In this document: piece after piece, positions 1 to 8,391 of the stretch | Layout of the letters: each line of letters starts with the position of its first letter | How positions within the stretch are numbered: position 1 is the stretch's first letter | DNA from: Armatimonadota bacterium | GTDB lineage: Bacteria > Armatimonadota > Zipacnadia > Zipacnadales > UBA5352 | DNA length: 36,770 nt | Reading direction: 5' to 3' | NCBI GenBank assembly: GCA_034722055.1 | Contig: JAYENL010000106.1 | Location: 1 to 36,770, forward strand | The notes under the pieces: generated by a model | Databases searched by the model: none | What the model was told of the DNA's origin: nothing | The model's input: the letters and a program-made list of their open reading frames with translations, nothing else | Program-made: the position numbers and the translations under genes

Positions 1-722
1 CGTGGGCCAACGCCGACGCCATGGGCGTTGACCCCGCACAGGCGCAGGCGCTGGTGCTCAGCCATGGCCACTATGATCACACCCGCGGCCTTCCGGGGCT
101 CCTGCAGCGGCTCGGCGAGCTGCGCGTGATCGCCCACCCGCTGGTGTTCGAGCCCCGCTACCATGAGACCCCGGACGGCGAAATGGCGGACATCGGTCCA
201 CCGATGTCGCGCGAGGAGCTGGAGGAGCTGGGAGCGCGGTTCGAGCTCAGCGACGAGCCCGTGCAGGTGCTGGAGGGCGCCGTGACCACGGGCGAGGTGC
301 CGCGGAGGTCGGGACTGGCGCCCGAGGCCCCGCACCTGATGGTGGAGCGCGACGGCCAGGTCCGGCCGGATGACTTCCGGGACGACCTCTCGGTCGTCGT
401 CGAGACCGGCGGCGCGCCGGTCCTGGTGACCGGCTGTGCCCACGCGGGCCTGGTGGACATTGCCGAGCGGGCGGAGGAGGTGGCGGGACGGTATCCGAGT
501 GCCATCATCGGCGGCACGCATCTCGCGGATGAGTCCGAGGAGCGCATCGCCGCTGTGGCCGCCGGGCTGCACCAGAGGGGAGTGCGCTGGCTGGCGCCAA
601 TGCACTGCTCCGGCGAGAGGGGCGCGGAGCTGTTGGAGAAGCACTTCGAGGCGGAGGTCCTTCGTCCCATCACAGGCGACACGATCGGGGCCTACGACGA
701 CGGCAGCATCAGCATTGTATGA
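1..722 (+). CDS. MBL-fold metallo-hydrolase (MJ0301/DHPS-like subfamily), 5'-partial
   Basis: Motifs SHGHYDH (HxHxDH), GCAHAG, GGTHL and PMHCSG. The frame is open to the window edge upstream of the ATG at 21. Confidence 0.85.
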   Translation, partial: WANADAMGVDPAQAQALVLSHGHYDHTRGLPGLLQRLGELRVIAHPLVFEPRYHETPDGEMADIGPPMSREELEELGARFELSDEPVQVLEGAVTTGEVPRRSGLAPEAPHLMVERDGQVRPDDFRDDLSVVVETGGAPVLVTGCAHAGLVDIAERAEEVAGRYPSAIIGGTHLADESEERIAAVAAGLHQRGVRWLAPMHCSGERGAELLEKHFEAEVLRPITGDTIGAYDDGSISIV

Positions 723-765
723 GCGTGAGCGCTGCTGCGCCGCGTATTTATAGGAGGAGACACCA

Positions 766-1542
766 ATGAAGGTCGCAGTCGCATCCTCAGGAGACAGCAT
801 AGACGCTCAGATGGACCCGCGCTTCGGACGCTGCATGTGGTTCGTGATCGTGGATACGGACACCATGGAGTTCGAGGCCGTTCAGAACCCGGGTCCACAG
901 ATGGGCTCGGGAGCCGGCACGGCGGCAGCGCAGCTCGTTGGCGACTCCGGCGCGGCGGCCGTGGTGGCAGGCAACTACGGCCCCAACGCCGCGCAGGCGC
1001 TGCAGGCCGGCGGCATCCGCACCTTCCAGGCGGCTGGAATGACCGTGCGCGAGGCCGCGCAGGCCGCCGCCTCCGGCCAGCTTCAGGAGGTCGGCGGCGC
1101 CACCACCGCAGCGCATACCGGCGTCGGCGGCGGCCAGACCGCCGGTCCCGGCGGCCAGCCCGGTGCCGGGATGGGCGGGGGCATGGGCGCCGGAATGGGC
1201 CGAGGCATGGGCCGCGGCATGGGGGCCGGCATGGGCCAGGGCCCGGGCGGCATGGGTCAGGCCCAAGGCGTCGGTCCCGGCGGCCAGCAGGGCCAGGGAC
1301 AGCAGAGCTGGGGGCCCCAGCCCGGCATGATGGGCCCCATGGGGCCCATGGGTCCGGGCATGATGGGCCCGGGGATGGGGCCCGGCATGCAGGCGCCGAT
1401 GGGCGGTCCCGTGTCGGCCGAGTGGGAGGAAGAGATGCGCAAGTACCAGCTCAACATGCTGCGCATGCAGGCGGACATGCTGGAGCAGCAGCTCCAGTTC
1501 ATCCGCTCGCAGATCGAGTACCTGGAATCCGAGGAAGAGTGA
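766..1542 (+). CDS. NifB/NifX-family (dinitrogenase FeMo-cofactor-binding domain) protein with Gly/Met-rich linker and C-terminal coiled coil
   Basis: MKVAVAS..DPRFGRCMWFVIVD..NP..GAG..AAQ..GNYGPNA..L is typical of the family. RBS AGGAGG precedes the ATG. The C-terminal half is GMG repeats followed by an amphipathic helix. Confidence 0.85.
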   Translation: MKVAVASSGDSIDAQMDPRFGRCMWFVIVDTDTMEFEAVQNPGPQMGSGAGTAAAQLVGDSGAAAVVAGNYGPNAAQALQAGGIRTFQAAGMTVREAAQAAASGQLQEVGGATTAAHTGVGGGQTAGPGGQPGAGMGGGMGAGMGRGMGRGMGAGMGQGPGGMGQAQGVGPGGQQGQGQQSWGPQPGMMGPMGPMGPGMMGPGMGPGMQAPMGGPVSAEWEEEMRKYQLNMLRMQADMLEQQLQFIRSQIEYLESEEE

Positions 1543-1899
1543 CTGCCTTCCAGGCCTGACGTAAGGCAGATCCAAGGAAGGGACGAATGAGGGATGATGG
1601 AAAGCGATTCGGCCGGTCCTTCCGGTGGCGCAGGTGGTCAGCAGGCGGGCGGCGGATGGGGACAGCAGTACTTCAGTCCCTGGGGGCCGCCGCAATTCGG
1701 CCCGTGGGGCCCGCAGCCTCCCATGATGGGCCCGATGGACATGCCCCCTCCGTGGCTGGGCGGGCCGATGATGGGACCGATGGGCCCGGGGATGCCCCCG
1801 GAGGTTGCGGAACAGATGCGTCAGTACGAGCTCAGCATGTTGCGCATGGAGGCGGACATGCTGGAGCAGCAGCTCCAGTTCATCCGCTCGCAGATCGAG
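1469..1899 (+). repeat. Exact 50-bp direct repeat (1469-1518 and 1850-1899) inside a longer near-identical coding duplication
   Basis: AGGCGGACATGCTGGAGCAGCAGCTCCAGTTCATCCGCTCGCAGATCGAG occurs twice, offset by 381 bp. Confidence 0.95.
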
Positions 1900-1923
1900 C
1901 ACCTGCAGTCACAGGGAGAGTAG
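1594..1923 (+). CDS. Small Pro/Gly/Met-rich protein with coiled-coil C-terminus, paralogous to the tail of the upstream gene
   Basis: The C-terminal MLRMEADMLEQQLQFIRSQIE is nearly identical to the tail of 766..1542. Start is 1594 or 1597. Confidence 0.75.
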   Translation: MMESDSAGPSGGAGGQQAGGGWGQQYFSPWGPPQFGPWGPQPPMMGPMDMPPPWLGGPMMGPMGPGMPPEVAEQMRQYELSMLRMEADMLEQQLQFIRSQIEHLQSQGE

Positions 1924-1950
1924 CCCCCCGCGGACCGGGAGCGTTGGAAG

Positions 1951-2847
1951 ATGAGTGCTATCGACCACAACCTGACCATCGCCGTGGCCGCCGGCAAGGG
2001 CGGTACCGGCAAGACTCTGATCGCCTGCAGCCTGGCGCAGGCACTGTCCCGACAGCGCCCGGGCGCGGTGCAGGTGCTGGACTGTGACGTCGAGGAGCCG
2101 AATGTGGACATCCTGTTGCACCCGGAGATCGCTGGCCGCGAGGTGGTGAACATCCTGGTGCCGGAGGTGCATCCGGAGAGGTGTGTCCACTGCAAGAAGT
2201 GCGCCCACGTGTGTGAGGTGGGGGCCATCGCGGCTATCGGGGAGGCCGTGGTGACCTTCCACGACCTCTGCTCGGGCTGCGGGGCCTGTGCCTGGGTGTG
2301 TCCCACTGGGGCGATCGAGGAGGTGCCGATGCGCATCGGCGATGTGGTGCGGGGGCGGAGCCCGGAGGGCGTGGAGTTCCACCAGGGCCGGCTGGACGTG
2401 GGCCACCAGCGCTCGGGGCCGGTGACGCGCGCGGTCAAGCGCGCCATCTCCGGCGAGATGATCACCATCACCGACGCGCCGCCGGGCACCGCCTGCCCCA
2501 TGCAGGAGGCGGTGGAGGACAGCGACTACTGCGTCCTGGTGACCGAGCCCACGCCCTTCGGCCTGGCGAATCTGCGGGAGGCGGTGGAGACCTGCCGCCG
2601 CATGGAGATCCCCTGCGGCGTCATCGTCAACCGCGACCGCGACGGATACATGCAGATGGATGAGTACATCGCCGCCGAGGAGCTGACGGTGCTGCTGCGC
2701 GTGCCGGAGCGGCGCGCCATCGCCGAGGCATACTCCCGCGGCGAGACCCTCATCGGCGCCACCGATGAGTGGCGCCATGAGCTGATCGACGTGTACCAGA
2801 CAATCGTGGAGCAGGCTGCCGTGCAGCCGGCGAGTCCGGGCGCGTGA
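1951..2847 (+). CDS. MinD-superfamily P-loop ATPase with inserted 2x[4Fe-4S] ferredoxin domain (COG1149-type)
   Basis: Deviant Walker A GKGGTGKT, DCDVEEPN, CVHCKKCAHVC, CSGCGACAWVCP, DAPPGTACP and LVTEPTPFG. Confidence 0.9.
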   Translation: MSAIDHNLTIAVAAGKGGTGKTLIACSLAQALSRQRPGAVQVLDCDVEEPNVDILLHPEIAGREVVNILVPEVHPERCVHCKKCAHVCEVGAIAAIGEAVVTFHDLCSGCGACAWVCPTGAIEEVPMRIGDVVRGRSPEGVEFHQGRLDVGHQRSGPVTRAVKRAISGEMITITDAPPGTACPMQEAVEDSDYCVLVTEPTPFGLANLREAVETCRRMEIPCGVIVNRDRDGYMQMDEYIAAEELTVLLRVPERRAIAEAYSRGETLIGATDEWRHELIDVYQTIVEQAAVQPASPGA

Positions 2848-2910
2848 GGCGTCGGACTGGCCGGGCGCGGGGCACGTTGCAGCCCTCCGTCACGAAAGGA
2901 GAGACGGATC

Positions 2911-3150
2911 ATGCCCCGAGGCGACGGAACTGGACCTCCCGGAGGCGGGGGACGCGGCGCGGGCCGCGGAGCCGGCGGCGGGCGGGGAGCCGGCGGCGGC
3001 GGACGCGGACGCATGGGCGGCTTCGCAATGGGTGTGGGCGGCAACTGCATCTGCCCCAACTGCGGGGCGGAGCGTCCACATCAGCGCGGTGTGCCCTGCA
3101 ACCGCATCAAGTGCCCAAACTGCGGGAACGTCATGACCCGCAAGCGATAG
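2911..3150 (+). CDS. Small DUF5320-like protein with Gly/Arg-rich N-terminus and Cys-rich C-terminal metal-binding module
   Basis: Starts MPRGDGTGP and ends CICPNCG..HQRGVPC..IKCPNCG..MTR. RBS AAGGAG is present. Confidence 0.8.
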   Translation: MPRGDGTGPPGGGGRGAGRGAGGGRGAGGGGRGRMGGFAMGVGGNCICPNCGAERPHQRGVPCNRIKCPNCGNVMTRKR

Positions 3151-3198
3151 GACGACCTGCGAGACGATCCTCATCATCACAAACAGGAGGTGTACTCA

Positions 3199-3549
3199 AT
3201 GCCTGGACTCGATGGAACAGGACCCGGTGGAATGGGCCCGATGACCGGCGGAGCGCGGGGCTGGTGCAATCCGGCCAGCCCCATGAACGCCGGCTGGGGC
3301 GCGTGGGGCGCGCCCTACTCGCCCATGGGATACGGCTACCCCTACGGCGGCTACGGCCGCTGGTCGTACCCCGGCTGGGGCTACGGCATGGGCATGCCCT
3401 GGGGCGGCTACGGCTGGGGCTTCCGCCCCGGCATGGGCATGGCCTGGGGTCGCGGCCGCGCGCCGTTCGGCTACGGCCGCGGGATGGCCTGGGGCCGTGG
3501 CGGCGGCTTCGGCCGCGGCATGGGCCGCGGCATGGGCCGCTGGTGGTAG
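3199..3549 (+). CDS. DUF5320-like Gly/aromatic-rich low-complexity protein
   Basis: N-terminal motif MPGLDGTGPGGMGPMTGGARGWC. RBS AGGAGG at 3185-3190 favours the ATG at 3199 over the GTG at 3190. Confidence 0.8.
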   Translation: MPGLDGTGPGGMGPMTGGARGWCNPASPMNAGWGAWGAPYSPMGYGYPYGGYGRWSYPGWGYGMGMPWGGYGWGFRPGMGMAWGRGRAPFGYGRGMAWGRGGGFGRGMGRGMGRWW

Positions 3550-3559
3550 CCTGAGGCTT

Positions 3560-3618
3560 GGTGGCGGCCGGCTGCTGTGAGCCTTCTGCTCACCTTCCCT
3601 TGGTGGCCGGCCGCCACC
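3560..3618 (+). terminator. Strong stem-loop just after the DUF5320-like gene (possible terminator or processing site)
   Basis: 13-bp inverted repeat GGTGGCGGCCGGC/GCCGGCCGCCACC encloses a GTGAGC/GCTCAC inner stem. There is no U-tract. Confidence 0.4.
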
Positions 3619-4240
3619 GCACCTCGGCGAGAGCCCCGAAGCGCACATGCGCCACCAAGGCTCTCACGCCCATTATCCGACGATTCGACAGAACGCGCAA
3701 GGCGCGTCGCGACGAGGCTGCGAATGCGCAGTGTCCGCGGAAGACGAGGACCGGGTGGCCTGGCGGCGCTTGCGCGCGTCTGGCCTGCGGTTGCAGTCCC
3801 GCCTGAAGACGCATCCGCGTATCTCCCCATGGGCACAGGCCCGCCTGCGCCCACAGTATCTCATCCTGGGAAGCCGGCGCCCTCGCCGGCTTATGGCGCG
3901 CAGTGCCACTCGACCCTTGGGCCGCCTGAGGCAAACGGCGCGCGGGCGAGGGCGCCCGCGCCCCAGCACTGACGTGGCTTGCAGCGCCTCCGCGCGCAGC
4001 CGACAATCTGAGGACGCACCCCTGGCCGGTGCGCAGTGCGCCCGTCCTGACGGCGGGGCCGCCGGTGCCACGGACGACAGACGGCAAGGACAGGCGGGCT
4101 GGGCAGCCCGCGGCTCCGTAGGACATGACGGCAACGGATTGCAGCGAACGGTCGGGAGAGCCGTTGTGGCACAGTCGTTAGTCGTCAGCTTGAAGCTTGC
4201 GACTGGAAGCTTGTAGCTCTGGAGGATAGGAGCACTCATC

Positions 4241-5113
4241 ATGTCAGACCTGAAACAGATCACGATCGTCAGCGGCAAGGGCGGCACCGGCAAGACCACG
4301 ACGGTGGCCGCATTCGCGGCCCTCAGTGAGGACAAGGTCATCGCCGACTGCGATGTGGACGCCTCCAACCTCTACCTGCTGATGCACCCCAACGACACCG
4401 AGCAGGGCGAGTTCGTGGGCGCGAAGATCGCCGTGCGTGATGAGGACGCGTGCATGAAATCCGGCATGTGCGAAAAGCACTGCCGCTTCGAGGCCATCAC
4501 GGTCGATGAGGTCGATGAGCTGGCCTGCGAGGGCTGCGGCATGTGCGTGGTGGTCTGTCCGACCAACGCTCTGCGCCTGCAGCCGGTGGTGGTCGGCCAC
4601 TGGTTTACCGGCGAGTGCAAGTACGGGCCGATGGCCCACGCCCGCCTGCTGCCGGCCGCCGAGAGCTCCGGCAGGCTGGTGACCCTGGTGCGGCAGAAGG
4701 CCGAGAACCTGGCCTACGAGCACGACCTGCCGCTGATCCTCATCGACGGCCCGCCCGGCCTGGGGTGCACCACCACAGCCGCGCTCGCCGACGCCGATAT
4801 GGCGGTGGTGCTCACTGAGCCGACGCTCTCGGGCATCCACGACATGGAGCGGCAGATACAGATGGTGGAGCACTTCGGGCAGCGCTCGGCGATCATCATC
4901 AATAAGGCCGACCTCAATTCCGAGAACGCCCAGCGGCTGCGTACCTGGTGCGCGCAGAAGGACCTGCCGATCCTGGGCGAGATCCCCTGGGATCCCACGG
5001 TCACGGACGCGCTGGCCCAGGAGATGCCCCTGGTGGAGCACAACGACGGGCCGGCCGCCCAGGCCATGCGCGAGGCCTGGGAGCGCACAGCCGATCTCAT
5101 CGCCAGCCTCTGA
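4241..5113 (+). CDS. Second MinD-superfamily P-loop ATPase with inserted ferredoxin domain (COG1149-type)
   Basis: SGKGGTGKTT, DCDVDASN, CMKSGMCEKHC, CEGCGMCVVVCP, SGRLVTLVR, DGPPGLGC and TEPTLSGIHD. Confidence 0.9.
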   Translation: MSDLKQITIVSGKGGTGKTTTVAAFAALSEDKVIADCDVDASNLYLLMHPNDTEQGEFVGAKIAVRDEDACMKSGMCEKHCRFEAITVDEVDELACEGCGMCVVVCPTNALRLQPVVVGHWFTGECKYGPMAHARLLPAAESSGRLVTLVRQKAENLAYEHDLPLILIDGPPGLGCTTTAALADADMAVVLTEPTLSGIHDMERQIQMVEHFGQRSAIIINKADLNSENAQRLRTWCAQKDLPILGEIPWDPTVTDALAQEMPLVEHNDGPAAQAMREAWERTADLIASL

Positions 5114-5137
5114 CGCGAGGAAGGCTCGGACGCTGCC

Positions 5138-5968
5138 ATGGAAGACCGGATGGAGCAGTACGAGCAGCAAACACAGAGGATCAACGAGCGGATGGAGCAC
5201 ATCGACCATGTCGTTTTGATCCTCAGCGGCAAGGGCGGGGTGGGCAAGAGCACGGTGGCGGCGAATCTAGCCGTCGCTCTCGCGGAGCGCGGCCAGCAGG
5301 TGGGGCTCATGGACGCGGACCTGCACGGGCCGACAATCCCCCTGTTGACGGGGATGCGCGGGGAGGGCGTGGTGGGGACTGAGGGAGCCATGCGGCCGGC
5401 CGAGCTGAGGCCGAACCTGGCGGTGATGTCGATCGGCTTCCTCACCGTCGAGCCCGACACGCCGACCATCTGGCGCGGCCCGCTGCGCGGGGGCGTGCTG
5501 CGCCAGTTCATCGCTGACGTGGAGTGGGGGGAGCGCGACATCCTGGTGGTGGACCTTCCGCCGGGCACCGGCGACGAGCCGCTGACGCTGGCGCAGTCGC
5601 TGCCGCACGCCGACGGCGCCATCATCGTCACCACCCCGCAGGAGGCCAGCCTCTCGGACTGCCGCAAGGCCATCAACTTCGCGCGAAAGGTTGGCCTCGA
5701 TGTGCTGGGCGTGATCGAGAATATGTCCGGCTTCATCTGCCCGCACTGCGGGAAGCGCACTGACATCTTCTCGGTCGGTGGGGGCGAGGAGATGGCCCAG
5801 AGGATGAATGTCCCCTTCCTGGGCAGCGTGCCACTATCGGCGGAGATCGTGGCATTGAGCGATCAGGGCCGTCCGCTGCTGGACGAAGCGGCGCCCGAGA
5901 GCGTGCGTGAGGCCTACCGTGAGATCATCAGCCGGCTGCTCCCACAGATCGGTGAGAGCGAGGCATGA
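5138..5968 (+). CDS. mrp: Mrp/NBP35 (ApbC) family Fe-S cluster carrier ATPase
   Basis: SGKGGVGKST, DADLHGP, IWRGP, VDLPPGTGDE, VTTPQ and GVIENMSGFICPHCG. Confidence 0.92.
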   Translation: MEDRMEQYEQQTQRINERMEHIDHVVLILSGKGGVGKSTVAANLAVALAERGQQVGLMDADLHGPTIPLLTGMRGEGVVGTEGAMRPAELRPNLAVMSIGFLTVEPDTPTIWRGPLRGGVLRQFIADVEWGERDILVVDLPPGTGDEPLTLAQSLPHADGAIIVTTPQEASLSDCRKAINFARKVGLDVLGVIENMSGFICPHCGKRTDIFSVGGGEEMAQRMNVPFLGSVPLSAEIVALSDQGRPLLDEAAPESVREAYREIISRLLPQIGESEA

Positions 5969-6912
5969 ACCCCATGGCTGAGTACAAGCATCTCTACGGA
6001 CCCGTGCCGTCGCGGCGGCTGGGGAGGTCGCTGGGCATCGACATGGCGCCCATGAAGACCTGCTGCTTCGACTGCATCTACTGCCAGCTCGGCCCCACCA
6101 CCGTGCACACCGCCGAGCGCGGGGACTACGTGGACGTCGATGAGGTCCTGGACGAGCTGGAGCGGTGGCTGTCCAGCGGCAGAGAGGCCGACTGGCTGAC
6201 CTTCTCCGCCTCCGGTGAGCCGACGCTGAACATCGACCTCGCCGAGGCCATCGTCAGGGCGCGCCAGCTCTCGGAGATGCCCGTGGCGCTGCTGACCAAC
6301 GGCGCCCTGCTGTGGAAGAAGGGGGTGCGCGACGCCGCCATGCAGGCGGACCTGATCATGCCGTCGCTCGACGCTGCCACTGAGGAGACCTTCCAGGGCA
6401 TCAACCGCCCCGTGTCGGAGATCACGCTGGAGCGCTACATCCAGGGCCTGCGCGAGACGGTGGCGGCCTTCCATGGTGAGGTGTGGCTGGAGGTGATGCT
6501 GGTGGCAGGCGTCAACGACAGCGAGGAGGAGCTCGACGCCCTGCAGCGCGCCATCGACCGCATCGCTCCAGACGAGGTCCAGCTCAATACCGTGGTGCGC
6601 CCCGCCCTCAGCGGCGAGGCCGAACGGGTTGACAATCACACACTCATCCACGCCCGTGTCATCCTCGGTCCCCGCGCCATGGTCATCCCCTCAGCCTGGG
6701 AGGGCGAAATGGCTGAGATGGCCGAGCATGACGAAGCCGAGGTGCTGGCGCTGGTCAACTACCGCCCCTGCACCCTCGAGGACGTCGCCCACGGCATCAG
6801 CATGCACCCCAACGAGGCGCTCAAGTACCTCCAGCATCTGGTCTCCGAGGAGAAGATCCGCATGGAGGAGCGCGACGGGGAGACGTTCTACCTGCGAGCG
6901 GAGGCGGAGTGA
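5965..6912 (+). CDS. Radical SAM protein (COG0731/TYW1-like bacterial family) with probable C-terminal winged helix
   Basis: YGPVPSRRLGRSLGID, CCFDCIYC (CxxxCxxC), SGEPTL and LTNG. The start overlaps the mrp stop (ATGA). Confidence 0.88.
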   Translation: MNPMAEYKHLYGPVPSRRLGRSLGIDMAPMKTCCFDCIYCQLGPTTVHTAERGDYVDVDEVLDELERWLSSGREADWLTFSASGEPTLNIDLAEAIVRARQLSEMPVALLTNGALLWKKGVRDAAMQADLIMPSLDAATEETFQGINRPVSEITLERYIQGLRETVAAFHGEVWLEVMLVAGVNDSEEELDALQRAIDRIAPDEVQLNTVVRPALSGEAERVDNHTLIHARVILGPRAMVIPSAWEGEMAEMAEHDEAEVLALVNYRPCTLEDVAHGISMHPNEALKYLQHLVSEEKIRMEERDGETFYLRAEAE

Positions 6913-7003
6913 CGCCAACGATCAACGGCCCGAGCGGGCAGGGAAGCCCGCCCCTCCCTGACGACTGGACAAACAGCCAACCGCCAACGGCAATGACAAC
7001 GCC

Positions 7004-7954
7004 CTACGCCGGTTCGATCCACTCCACCACGTCGCGCAGCGTGCAGACGAGGACGCCGTCGCGCTCGGCGGCCCACCGCAGCAACGCAGGCAGCGCGCGG
7101 TTCTCCGGGTCGTGCAGGTAGTGCGAGTAGGGGTGCCAGGCCACCACCCACAGGAGAGCGTTCTGGTAGGCGAAGTCGGCGACTGAGAGGTTGTAGTCGA
7201 TCCACCGGTCGAGGGCGTCATCGGCGGTCCAGGGCGCCTTCGTCCAGCTCTCCCCCACCGCGCGGTGGCCCCACTCGGCGCGCCAGGCCTCGTAGGCGGC
7301 CCTGTCCACGTTCATGATGGAGTCGAAGAAGTTGCGGTCGGTGAGGCTCATGATCGGCAGCTCGATGAGTCCGCTGTCGTAGGCATACACCACGTCCTCG
7401 GCCGGGCCGCTGACCGCCTGCATGTAATCGTCCGGCCCCGCGCGGAAATTGTACTCGCAGCTCACCCACCGGAAGCCGTTGTCGAGGATGACCTGCTGAT
7501 TATCGGGCAGGCCCCGCAGTCCGTGCTCGTACCCACCCGGCCCGCGCAGCACGGTTGAGGTGTGACCCAGGCGCTCCTCGAACAGCTCATCCGCGCGCGA
7601 CAGCTCCCTGTGCAACAGGCCGAGGTGTTCGGTGTTCAGAGGCTCGTGGGAGTAAGTGTGCGAGTCCAGGTCGTGGCCGCCATCGAGCACCTCACGCAGG
7701 TAGCCCACGTCCTCGGTCGGCTCCAGGCCATTGGCGATTTGGAAGAAGTGCAGGCGTACGCCGAGCTGCTCGGCGGTGTCGCACAGGCGCAGGATGTAGC
7801 TCTTCAGGGCCGGCATGGAGCGGCCGTGGCAGACGCCGTCGGGCGCATAGCCGGCGGCCATGTCGGTGTCGTAGGTCATGGCCATGGCGCAGCGCACGCC
7901 GTCGGGGAGCGTCACCTGGACGGGAGTGCGGTCGCTTGCGGCAGTGCTGGTCAT
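7004..7954 (-). CDS. Polysaccharide deacetylase (NodB/CE4-like) family protein
   Basis: MTYDTD, DSHTYSH (HxxxH), LRGPGG and WHPY motifs. RBS AGGAGGAG lies upstream. Confidence 0.75.
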   Translation of the reverse strand: MTSTAASDRTPVQVTLPDGVRCAMAMTYDTDMAAGYAPDGVCHGRSMPALKSYILRLCDTAEQLGVRLHFFQIANGLEPTEDVGYLREVLDGGHDLDSHTYSHEPLNTEHLGLLHRELSRADELFEERLGHTSTVLRGPGGYEHGLRGLPDNQQVILDNGFRWVSCEYNFRAGPDDYMQAVSGPAEDVVYAYDSGLIELPIMSLTDRNFFDSIMNVDRAAYEAWRAEWGHRAVGESWTKAPWTADDALDRWIDYNLSVADFAYQNALLWVVAWHPYSHYLHDPENRALPALLRWAAERDGVLVCTLRDVVEWIEPA

Positions 7955-8123
7955 CGGTCAGCTCTCCTCCTGGGTCGGTCCCGGCTGCCTCCCCCCGCCC
8001 CGAGCTTCGCTCGGCCCACCCCCGTCCCTGGCGCCACACACGACGTGGCGCACGCGGGAGGGGGAACGGACTCCCGCCCTCGGCCGTCCTTCCCCTCCAG
8101 GACGCCGCGCGCCCCAGCCGTTC

Positions 8124-8391
8124 GCCGTGCGTCGTTCGGAGCGACGGGTCTTCAGACCCGTCGGGCCGTTGTGTCGTCTCTCACGACAAAGGCGGACGCA
8201 TCTCAAGATGCGTCCCTCCGGATGGCTTCGGGCCTGGTCGTACGGAGCCGCGGGGGCAGCCCCACCCGCCCGGCCGCTTGCCGTGCGTCGTTCGGAGCGA
8301 CGGGTCTTCAGACCCGTCGAGTCGTTGTGTCGTCTCTCACGACAAAGGCGGACGCATCCGAAGATGCGTCCCTCCGGATGGCTTCGGGCCT
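8124..8391. repeat. Two 112-bp direct repeats (8124-8235, 8280-8391), each an inverted pair of REP-like hairpins
   Basis: The copies differ at 4 positions. Each has GGAG-CGACGGGTC-TTCA-GACCCGTCG on + and GGAG-GGACGCATC-(4 nt)-GATGCGTCC on -. Confidence 0.9.

Noticed and set aside
766..1542. Nitrogen fixation inferred from the NifB/NifX domain
   Set aside because: No nifHDK or nifEN is present. This domain is widespread in non-diazotrophic anaerobes.
766..3549. Five consecutive genes in the same reading frame, suggesting stop-codon readthrough or Sec/Pyl recoding
   Set aside because: Each gene has a plausible RBS and a family-typical N-terminus, the first spacer has a second in-frame TGA, and the stops are mixed TGA/TAG. 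Most likely coincidence.
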